A stretch of 60,000 nucleotides of DNA, counting the filler, from Sphacelaria rigidula (lineage: Eukaryota), in NCBI GenBank assembly GCA_964200075.2. It is 9 parts of 9 records of this genome, joined end to end, with 100 filler letters (N's around TTAATTAATTAA, not from the genome) between each part and the next. Parts side by side here need not be neighbours in the genome. Positions count along the whole stretch, not along the records: positions 13,357 to 19,934 come from CAXNAA020019247.1; positions 20,035 to 26,612 come from CAXNAA020019248.1; 7 more parts are not named here. One strand, 5' to 3'. The notes beneath the pieces were generated by a model. That model ran no database searches. It had not been told where the DNA came from and saw only the letters and a program-made list of their open reading frames with translations. The translations under genes and the position numbers were made by a program. Shown here one piece after another: positions 13,885-23,903 of this stretch (position 1 is the first letter of the stretch; each line of letters starts with the position of its first letter).

Positions 13885-14265
13885 TCGCCCCGTTGGCTCA
13901 GTTGGTAACCTCGAAACCTTCTGATCGTTGGGTCGTGGGTTCGAATCTTGGTGCGGTCACACGATCTGGGATTTTTTCTCACACCATGCCCAACAGTGGA
14001 GAGCGACTATGTCGTGGGTACACAAAACTCGACTTGACGGTCGGGGTGGGTACACAAAACTCGACTTGACGGTCGGCGAGGGAAGGGGACTGCTCATCAA
14101 CCACTCTCGCGATAAAAAATAAAAAGGCAAGCACCGCAGAAGGAAGGTGGGGTATTAAAAACAAATAAAAAAGAAAAAGCTCCTGTGTTGGCCGTCCTCC
14201 TGTGTGACCCCGGCTGATGCGCCCACATATTATACCGAAAGGTGTTGACTGGCGTCCATATTGGA
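13885..14265 (+). mobile_element. tRNA-derived SINE, near full length
   Basis: Pol III A box TGGCTCAGTTGG and B box GGTTCGAATC, followed by a body shared with six other copies or fragments in the window. Confidence 0.85.
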
Positions 14266-14833
14266 AAAGTAACGCTGGCGTACTTTCACATATTTTCATA
14301 GGTCGTGTTTTGGATGAGATAAAGGGCTCCTAACAATTCTAACCTCAGAAAATATTTCTGCACCCCTACCGTAGCATCACTGTGAAAATTACAAAAACTA
14401 CGAATTCCGCATCCTTCTGATGCTGACTACTATATACTGTACATATGAACACCCTCGCCGACCACTATTATACCTTCAACTGGTCAGAAACGAAGTATGT
14501 ACTTTTTTCTGTGCACCGCCGAAGCGGTCATTGTGTAAATATTACTTCATGTGTTTTCTGGCTGGCACGTACGATATGTCGCGTTCCCTTTCTCGCCCGC
14601 CGCAGTGTCCCTATAATTATCGTCACGTCGTGAACGTTTTGACATGCAGGGGTTCTAAGTCTCTCTATTGGAGTATCCATGGAAATGCTGGCGATATTTT
14701 AAACAAATAGTAAGTGAGTACGTGTACGTATGTTATCGCTTGTTACACGGCGATTCTGATGACGGGTCCGACGCTTGGGCGCATGTGGCATGTAGTAAAA
14801 GTCTACCGTTTGATTTCTGAACAGTAGTCACAC

Positions 14834-15291
14834 CGTAGCACAGCGCACACGACCCAGCAGGAAACTCATCTTGCTGTAGGGTGCAGCATCAAGAGCTAGG
14901 CTTTCGAAAGACAGACGGCACCCCCTTAAACTTCTGCATTCCTCCAGCTGAAGCAAGGAATTATCTACAGTGTGGGTAAGAGGAAGGCCATCACACAGCA
15001 AAAGATCTTCGGATTGCGGAGATGTAATGTCGTTTGTGTGTGTGATATGATACGGGCAACGCGTGTGTCGCTTGTTCTCTTGCCAGCCGCCGGTTTCACG
15101 TGGACGTGACAGCACGCAGTCAACCTCTCGACAGCAATCGGAGCAATGATCGTGTTGTGCCACGAATGCTTCAACAGAAATGCACGTGTGCTCACATGAC
15201 ATGGTGGTGGTGGTGGTGGTGATGGTACGATTACGGTGATGCTCATCATACAAGTACCGTGATCACGCCGCGTTTTTCCTCCACTCCCCAT
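14834..15291 (-). CDS. Possible first two coding exons (15291-15258, 15006-14834) of an unknown gene divergent from ACC
   Basis: ATG..CACG|GTACTT splices in phase to give MGSGGKTRRDHDLLLCDGLPLTHTVDNSLLQLEECRSLRGCRLSFESLALDAAPYSKMSFLLGRVRCAT|GTGTGA. The acceptor is a weak AAG. Confidence 0.3.
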
Positions 15292-15577
15292 CTGCTATTC
15301 CCACAAACGTATGCGTTTTTGTGTTGCTTCGGTCGCTCTGAACCAACACCGATCGTCCACTTGACACCTCTCCCGTGACTGTCACGCGTTTGGTGGATCT
15401 ATTTCCGATCTGTGTAACACAGGATTTCCCGCACACTACGTTGCGTCTCACGGAGCAGAAATCACCTTGAGGGTAGGGGAGGAGAGCGTGGGCTACGCAG
15501 GAAAGCTGTTCTTATAGTGTGCCCACTCTCCAGTAATCGGTTCATTGCTGTTACGAGCTCCACGCGAAGCATCGACC

Positions 15578-15658
15578 ATGGCGGACGGTGGCAGCACGTT
15601 TTATGGATCTGTTGAGGAGTATGTCGAGGCTCGCGGTGGCAACCGGCCCATCAAGAAG
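15578..15658 (+). CDS. ACC: Acetyl-CoA carboxylase (homomeric, cytosolic-type), coding exon 1
   Basis: ACCATGG start; MADGGSTFYGSVEEYVEARGGNRPIKK is the typical ACC N-terminus before the biotin carboxylase domain; AAG|GTACAG donor. Confidence 0.9.
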
Positions 15659-18600
15659 GTACAGTATCAATTGGTAGTATACTTGCTACGCATATGTGTG
15701 TTTATGTGTGTTCGGTTCTGCGTGCAGGGTACGGTAGGGTGGGCTGTCGACCGTTACGTCAACACTTGTCAGAAGTGCCCCCTATTAGAAAAAAAGCCAG
15801 TGCGCCCCATGTTTAGCGTACTCGTATCGTTCATGTGTGCACGCCAGACGATTGGATTACTACCATGTAATGTTTCCGCTTTCCACCGCCCAACTCGGGA
15901 CATGTACGAGTAGGACTTGGAGTTTCTCGTTGCCCTGCCTGCCGTACCGCGCGTGTGCTGTGCTGTGCTGTGCTGTGCTTTGCTGTGCTGTACTGTGCTG
16001 TGTTTACCCGAAGTTGTTCCCTTGGAAACTTGGCATGTTGGTCGCACATGGTTGCAGTTAGTTGTACATGAGCATTCCGCGAGGGCCATCTTCGCATTTT
16101 CGGGCGCTTTCTGCATTGGGTGCACGGGTGTGGGATGCTGTTGTTCAAGTGTGTTTGGCTGTCTTTTCGGGTGCACCGTTGCCGGTGTATGTACTCTCCA
16201 TGATATATGCTGTCGGTCGCCTGCGGCAAGTGTCTGCGGTCGATTGTACAGAAGATAAGGCAGTCAGCACAGCAACCGTAGTTCTTCCTACATAGGTGTA
16301 TCATGAGACACTTTCCTGTACTGTGTACTTCAGACAGAAAGTACAGTGTAACGACATGATTCTCCGACTTCTGCAAGTCGAGGGCGTTCTTTTGGTGATA
16401 GACCCAACCCAACAAGCCTCAAAACAGCCGCACACGCCCCCACCGTACAGCTCCGCACCTTTCCAATGGTCCACCGATTAAACACGATAATCAAAATACA
16501 ATCAAAGCATGTATAAACATAAAGACAGAGGCACCGCGATATGCGTGCACGGGTGGAACCTTCTATCTTATGCTCGACAGCGTCGTGGAAGGGGTGGTGG
16601 GGGGAGGCATGGGTGGGACGATGTGAGCTGTAGAACCGTGTACCCGTACTCGAGTGTTGTAGTACTGTACTGCCCATGTGCCTATACTTGGTGCTCCGCG
16701 TGATGTGTGTCGCATCACATTACTTCGATAGTTCAATCTGTACAACTCACGATCAATCCGTATCAACCTCTCGGAAAAGGGATACGAGTCGTCCCCGCCT
16801 CGAGTCCAAGAACGTATACTTGACCATTTGGCAATTTACTTGCTGTGTATGTCCCATCACGACATGCAGTAAGTTAGTTCATTATGAACACGAAACGATT
16901 CGTTCCACAGGAAGTGGAAAACTGTTCGAGCACGCGATGCGCCCCGGAACTTGGTTCAAGTGTATACCGCGGTGCAGTATAGTCATATTTCGGTCTGCCA
17001 CATCGGGAAGTCGGACGTGTGCTGTTTTCGCCCGTGTCTTATCAAATTGCTTTCTTGTCGAAAACGTGCGGTCGAATCGAATTCGCTCGTTTCTGATTCG
17101 TCCACGATGTTTATTTTCTCAGATGGTTGAGAAGATGACTGCCGTGGACGTGTCAGGTACGAGCAAATTCGATTCCACCGCACGTTTTCGACAGCAAAAC
17201 AATTTGGTCAGACACGGCCTTATGTCGAGACGAAAAAATAAGCCAAATGAATTGACGAGAAAGATTATGACAATGACGAACGGCCCGCATGTAACAACCG
17301 TTTGACGTTTTTCCTTTCACATTGTCACAAAATCAGCATACCTTTTCGAAAGTTTCCCACGGAAAATCTACGCCGGGAACGAGGAATGAGGCCGTGTCAT
17401 GTCGAGATCAGGAGAGGAGGGGAAAGGAACAAGCGTCGAAAATTAGCATGTCGGTTGGTCGCCGGACGGGTTCGTGGTTGAGGCGACTGATCAACATGCT
17501 GACTTTCGACGCTTATTCCTTTTACGGCGTTTTTTTCGCGGTCCCGATAAGGCCGTGTCCTATCGAGACAGAAAAAAGAAGCACGAAGAGGAACAAGCGT
17601 CCAGACGCAGCACGTTAATTATTAGTCGCCGCAACCATAGACCCGCCCGACCGTCAATCAACTGTGTGCTTTGGACGCTTGTTGCTCTTCGTGCTTGTTT
17701 TTTTTTTATCTCGATAAGACGACCTGAGGGCCGAAGGAGAGTGAGTGAGCATTTTCATCGGTCAATATGGTCAATATGATCATTCTGTTCCCCTATGGAA
17801 CACGTAACCTGAACCCAAGCCGTATTTTGACCATTCGTATACCGACCAATCAACCATACAAAACCACAAAGTAGATAATTTTTGCTCTATGCGTAGTCTG
17901 TGCGCTCTGCCTGGTCCCGCTTGTGCTGTCAAGATAGCTGCACACCCTCATGAATGACCAAAGGCGCGTTTTCCCAGCTGGTCGTGAGTGTGGAGAATGA
18001 CGCTCAAGAGTATTAAAATAATGCAGCCGAGTCATCGTTGTACCTCAGGGTCGAGACATGGAGCCATAGTAAAGGATCATACATGCTCGAGTTATGCCAG
18101 CACTACCTTGAAAGTACAGTACGCACTGGGAGTGCGAAGTCATAGCAAAAAAAAGTGATACCAATATGCTGTTTGCAAATGTCGCACTAGTATGTATGTA
18201 CTTCCCTATAACGATGGCTGCCAGCGGATACCACTTCCCTCAAAGCATGAAAGCATGTTCCCCAAGAGAACGGCTCAACCGAGACGTACATATTGTACAC
18301 GAGGGGCCTTACCACCTGCGGGTCGTGATCCCCGCCTGCCCCCCTTGGAGGGTGTCATTCATGAGGATGGCCCCACAAGGGATGGAAGAAATCTCTCTGT
18401 CCCTATTTCTTCCACCAGTGTACCTGATTACGCAACGACTCAACACCCGGCGATTGCCTGTGCGCGAACAGCTCAAAGCCGAAGAGATTTTGTATGTACA
18501 GTCAAGCATATTTGCAGAGGCCGGCCATTTCTAGTTTTTAATACTTGTTTCTTCAAGCATACTTACTTTGTCTGCCTTACCCTTCTGTTTTTTTGTTTTC

Positions 18601-18846
18601 GCTTTTCTTCAGCAAGTGTTTCCGTTTATTTTTTATGTGGAGTACGCCTACCATATGGATAGTGACCAGGGCTGGATCTCCTTCTTAATCAGTTAAGGTA
18701 CGACAATGAATGAAATCAATCAATCAGATATGGCCGCTTGAGTGAAGAACATAGTTCCTGACCCATGGGTTGTTTGTGTCCGACGTCTGGATTCTACCGC
18801 GTGTGAATTCTTCGCTTGTACGTGTGTGTGTACCTTTCCCCAACAG

Positions 18847-18906
18847 ATTCTAGTGGCGAACAACGGAATCGGGGCCGTCAAGGCCATTCGCTCCATGCGT
18901 AGATGG
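18847..18906 (+). CDS. ACC: Acetyl-CoA carboxylase, coding exon 2 (start of biotin carboxylase domain); gene truncated by contig end
   Basis: CAACAG acceptor; ILVANNGIGAVKAIRSMRRW matches the eukaryotic ACC motif LIANNGxAAVKxIRSxRxW; TGG|GTGAGT donor; in phase with exon 1 across a 3188-bp intron. Confidence 0.93.
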
Positions 18907-20034
18907 GTGAGTTTTTTTGGATTTTCGGTTCAAACTGTGGTAGCCCCGCCCCCCTGGGGCGTATCTTGTCGAAGAAAAATAAATTCGAAAAGTGCACACA
19001 CCGGGAAATATGTGATCAGTAGTTGCAGTAAGCCTACACTTTGCGCAGCACATTGTTTTCTATTGCGATTGTTGACCATACATACTGCAGGGTGTGAAAA
19101 AAAGTGCCGCGGAAAAGGAAAATTCCGATCCAATTGGTGGTTATATATGTCCACGTTACGTGTTCGAATGACGACCTATCAGATCGGAATTTTCTCTTCC
19201 ACCGCGCTTTTTCGATCGAAAAATAATTTCACAAGACACACCCTGACAAGGAACACCACAGCAGCAATCTAAGAAATAAAGGTGCACGCCCTAGGCAGGG
19301 GCATTATTTTCTGTGCGTTTTTGTGGGAGTGCCTGCCGCCCGCCTGTACCTTTTTTCTGCACCTGAAATTGGGCACCGTATCTTATATCGGGGTCTCCTG
19401 CTCTATTCGCATTTAGTGTACGTGCGACTGACTCTGTGCTGTACTGCACTGTACCGTTCTGCACTATGCTGTACGGCACCCGCAGTGAGATCGATGTTTT
19501 CATGCGTTTCGAGTGTGATTTCACAGGCTGCTAGGCTGCTCGTTGTAGGGTTCGACCACAATGTCATCTATTATGTGTGCCCTACAGCGATTTGAGCTGG
19601 AGAAATATGAAATCGGGCCAGAGGGGGGATTGCCAACGTGGATACACCTCGCCTGCCGGAGACCAACGGACTGTACTGTATGCCTCAAATGGTGCTGTTT
19701 CCAATGCTACGTATAGATCAATACCCAAAGAAGCGTTTTGGAACGTACAGTCTTTGCCGCGTCCCGGTTATTTAATGGCACGACTGCCACCACTGGAGTG
19801 TTCAATTCCCTCCAGATGCATAAGGTTTTTTTTTCAAATCTTCTGAATTCCGTCATTGAAAGCGTGAGGATGTATGTGAGTCGTTATTATCTATTATCAT
19901 TATTATTATTATTATTATTATTATTTTTATTTTTNNNNNNNNNNNNNNNNNNNNNNNNNNNNNNNNNNNNNNNNNNNNTTAATTAATTAANNNNNNNNNN
20001 NNNNNNNNNNNNNNNNNNNNNNNNNNNNNNNNNN

Positions 20035-20099
20035 GAAAGCACTGTTTTAGGCTTGAATCTCGTCTCGGAGTTAAACCTCAATTCGCACAATTTGTTGTT
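20035..20099 (-). mobile_element. Terminus of an unclassified TIR element (AACAACAAATTGTGCGAATTGAGG...)
   Basis: Near-exact reverse complement of 26543-26612 and of 46572-46646. All three copies lie at contig ends. Confidence 0.85.
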
Positions 20100-22289
20100 T
20101 AATGTCTTCACGCTTGTATCCTTCACGGCGATTCCTGCAGGGATGAAAGCCATGGGATCCTGGTGGATGTATAAGGTAAAAGCAGACAACACATACAAGG
20201 GAAGACTCGTCGTCCAAGGATGGGGACAAGTACCGGGCATCGACTGCGGCAGCACCTTCACTCCCGTCTGTAGGCTACAGAGCATCCGTATGGTGCTTGC
20301 AGCGGCCGCGGAGATGGACTGGGAAATCTAGCAGCTGGACGTGCAGGCGGCATTTGTCCGTTGAAGAGGAAGTTTACGTCAAGATGGCCCCGGGCTATGA
20401 GGAGAACAATTCCGTGACGCGAGTTCCTCTCGTGATGAAGCTCCAGAAGTCGTTATATGGCCTTCGCCAGTCGCCACTGAATTGTGGAATACCATGGACA
20501 AATTTCTGGGGGAGATTGGTTTCACCTTTCTCGCTTCAGATCCCTGCATCTACGCCTTCACTGACAACGACGACAACGACAACATCAGGGCCGGTAACTC
20601 CCGGGGCGATTGTTATGGATCGCAGTACATATGGAGGAAGGGCAGTACAATGATGGGCCCAGCTATTCGACTGATGGGCTCGGAGGGCTAGTTGATGTGA
20701 CCTACGGGTATTCCAACTAGAGGAGAGGGAGTGGTGTCCGTTGTAACGGTTACAGACACGCCTCCATGCGCACCGTGGTTTTCATGATCCTTTGCGACCC
20801 TTTGTTTTACTCTCTTGAAGACGAGCAAACAACGAGCGAAGAGCTTATGTGAATCTGATTGATGAGGCTATCAAAGCCACCACCATGAAAGAGAAACTGA
20901 ATCGCTTCTGGAGCTGTGATCACTGTACTGCGTTGGACGTATTTCCCCTTGCTATGCTTTTGAGGGCTGGTAGCTGAACACGGTGAGACAATACAGTACG
21001 GATCCCTGAACCATACTCGGTACGTCAGTATTTTAAATATGGTCGTCACGATAGTATAATGATGAATGAATTCAGTGCACAAACAGATGTGTAGTTGAGG
21101 CATGTTCCGGCATAATCAACACGGTATATTAGTCATCACGTATTTGCATGCGCATGGAATGACTCAACTGGATGCTTGCTCGAGACCACGAGACATATCG
21201 CCTGTCTGTAAGCCAGTTGCGACGCCCAATACCGAGAACCCCAAAACTATACACTATTTAGTTTGTAACACGATACCGTCAGAACCGCTCTCGGACAGAG
21301 GAAGATTGTCGCGCTTCTCACCCTCTACGTGGACGATGTGCTCCTTGTTGGAGGGGGTGTGGCAGTACTGCAGGTGCTCAAGAAAAAGCTCATGGTTCGT
21401 TTCAAAATGACGAACATGGGAGACGTGTCACTTGTGTACTCGGAATGAGAGTCACCCGAGACCGCGAGAATGAGACGCTCACTACCAGCCAGGAGAACTA
21501 CACCAAAATCGATCCTGGAGAAGTACGGCATGAGGGACTGCAATCCGCTGAGCACACCAGGAACGGTAGCGGAGCTGTCACCAAATCAACCGGAAGAGCA
21601 GCTTCTGGATCCGGCGGCAACACAGCGATACCAGGCGATCACCGGCTCGTTAAATGTATCTAGCACAAGTGAACCGGTATGATATCCAGATTGCTGTCAA
21701 CCAGCTTGCGAGAGCGATGTCAAGACCATCAAAAGCACACATGGGTGCTGCGAAACATCTTCCACGTTACCTTGCGGGGAGTGCTACTTCCGATATCACG
21801 CACAGGAAGGAAGGATTTCATCTCACGGCGTTTTCGGACGCCAACTGGGGGAATAACCCGGATAACGGAAAATCGATGTCCTCGTATGTCGTCATGCTAT
21901 CGAACGCTCCGGTGAGTTTCAAAGTCGGAATACAGGGTCTAACTGCTCAGTCGACAATGAAAGCTGAGCTTGTGGCGGTAGCGCTAGCAATGAAGGAGGC
22001 TGTGTTCTGTTTCAACGTGATGGAGCTGGGATTCGGCGAGGCATTTCACAGTGTTCTGGGTCACATCGACAACACCTCAGCACTTCACGTTGCCGGTAAC
22101 AGCACATACAGTGGACGGACCAAGCATGCGGCATTGCGCTACTTCTTCATTCACGAACTCATTAAGAAGAGGAGGATTACCCTTCATTACGTGGATACCA
22201 AGAACGACATCGCCGACATTGGGACGAAGTACTTAGGCAAACAGCGTCACCTACATCTGCTGCACGTAATCAAGACATTTGGGACTTGA
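20100..22289 (+). pseudogene. Ty1/copia pol 3' part: reverse transcriptase and RNase H, with stops and frameshifts, interrupted by a solo LTR
   Basis: WMYKVK..YKGRLVVQGWGQVPGIDC, QLDVQAAF, EEEVYVKMAPGY, KLQKSLYGLRQSP, LYVDD (21323-21337), FSDANWG, AQSTMKAELVA, IDNTSALH, RTKH, DIADIGTK. Confidence 0.95.
20611..21270. mobile_element. Solo LTR (660 bp) nested in the copia RT
   Basis: TGTTA...TAACA termini flanked by 4-bp direct repeat CGAT (20607-20610, 21271-21274). RT homology resumes after it. Confidence 0.85.
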
Positions 22290-22519
22290 AATGAGGACGC
22301 GTACAAGGGAGCTGGTCTGATGCGTACTTTCTAGCGTGTGGTTGGATCACGACTGTGTTTTGAAGAAATGAGAACATAGAAAGTGTTGAGGAGAGAATCC
22401 ATGTGTACATTGAAAGGAATGTGCAGAAATGGAAGCATGCGTTTCCAAAAGTAGGTCTCAAATATTCATCCGTCCGGATTTCTTCATCTCTCCTGAGCGC
22501 TACTTCCATTGAGGGGAGG

Positions 22520-23141
22520 TGTCAAGAATTTCATGTTGCATATCATATCTGAGTCAATGTTCAGTAGCATCAAGCTAAAATACGGAGGCTCGTTCACGGC
22601 GTAACAGGCGGGACATTATACGGGGCAATAGGAAACGATTGAAGTTGTTGTGCAGCCTTCGAGAATCCTGTGGTTTAAAGGTTGTTCTGGAAAGATATCA
22701 TTGACTATTGGTCGCAGGCCAGTCAAGAACTCGCCAGGTGAATTAGATTTGGCGGTCGGATACGTTTTCTAGATTTGGCGGAGCATGCGATAGTGAATGT
22801 TCTCGAGGAAGATCCCTAATATGGGAACACTGAATGATTGTTCGAGAAGGTAGCAAAGTAGCGTAGCGATCTTCGTTGTGACCGTTCGACATGGTCTCAC
22901 TCGTCATCACTTCTCTTCACTTCTCTTCTTGTGGTTCTTCCCGTGTGGGACACTTTGTCTGTTCGTTTGGGATCTGCTACATGGATAAGTAATACTTCGA
23001 AGTAATAAATATACATTCGTGTTCAGACATCTGCAGTAATCACTCCTGAGACGAGGTCAGCATAAAGCTGCCTGCGCTAACCTCTGCAGTCACCTGCCAA
23101 GAAGAGTACAATGGTCTCCACGACTACCATATTCCTCAACA
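22520..23141 (+). mobile_element. LTR of the copia element (622 bp)
   Basis: TG...CA termini, immediately preceded by polypurine tract GAGGGGAGG (22511-22519) and immediately followed by a primer-binding site. Confidence 0.9.
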
Positions 23142-23152
23142 GGTTATGAGCC
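23142..23152 (+). promoter_or_regulatory. Primer-binding site complementary to the anticodon region of initiator tRNA-Met (half-tRNA priming)
   Basis: GGTTATGAGCC directly after the LTR CA; complement of GGCUCAUAACC. Confidence 0.85.
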
Positions 23153-23334
23153 TCGATTGTCTGCGAGGCGCAAACACTGAGAGTTTCTGAAGGAGAGCTT
23201 GCCGGGGAGACGTCTTTGACCAGTTCTACAGAGTTCTATAGAGACGCTGAATACCTGGGACAACACAGACACTACAAGTGAGTTGAGACAACCGCGGATT
23301 GTACTCTACGCATCTGGAGTCAAGGCGGCACGCT

Positions 23335-23872
23335 GTACGAGCTACAGTTAAAGCTGTGCCCGCAGGAAGGCGGCACAGTCAGGGAATTCGCACTTACGCA
23401 TCGAACATCGTTAAGCCTCGAAGCGTACAGCCTTGCGTAGTTCATCATCCCTGCGGACGAAACCTGCACCAGCTGCAGTCTGTACAAGCTATAGTTTAAA
23501 GCTGTGCGCGCAGGAAGGCGGCACAGTCAGGGAATTCGCACTTGCGCGTCGAGCACCGATAAGCCTCGAAGCGTACTGCCTTGCGTAGTTCATCATCCCT
23601 GTGGATGAAATCTGCACCAGCTGCGGTCTGTACGAGCTACAGTTTGAACGTGTGCGCGCAGGAAGGCGGTACAGTCAGGGAATTTGCACTTACGCGTCGA
23701 GCATCGTTAAGCCTCGAAGCGTACAGCCTTCCGTAGTCCATCATCCCTGCGGACGAAACCTGCACCAGCTGCAGTCTGTACAAGCTACAGTGAAAACCTG
23801 TGCGCGCAGGAAGGCGGCACAGTCGGGGAATTCGCACTTGCGCGTCGAGCATTGATAAGCCTCGAAGCGTGC
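23335..23872 (+). repeat. Tandem array of about 3.6 x 148 bp in the copia 5' leader
   Basis: Unit GCTACAG..TGTGCGCGCAGGAAGGCGGCACAGTCAGGGAATTCGCACTT starts at ~23341, 23488, 23637 and 23785. Confidence 0.9.
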
Positions 23873-23903
23873 AGCGTTGCGCGGTTCATTTCCTCTGTGC
23901 ACG

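Noticed and set aside
13885..13960. Functional tRNA gene
   Set aside because: No convincing acceptor stem pairing or T-run terminator, and it continues into a multi-copy SINE body.
23335..23872. CRISPR-like array
   Set aside because: Units are similar along their whole length with no unique spacers; eukaryotic LTR leader context.
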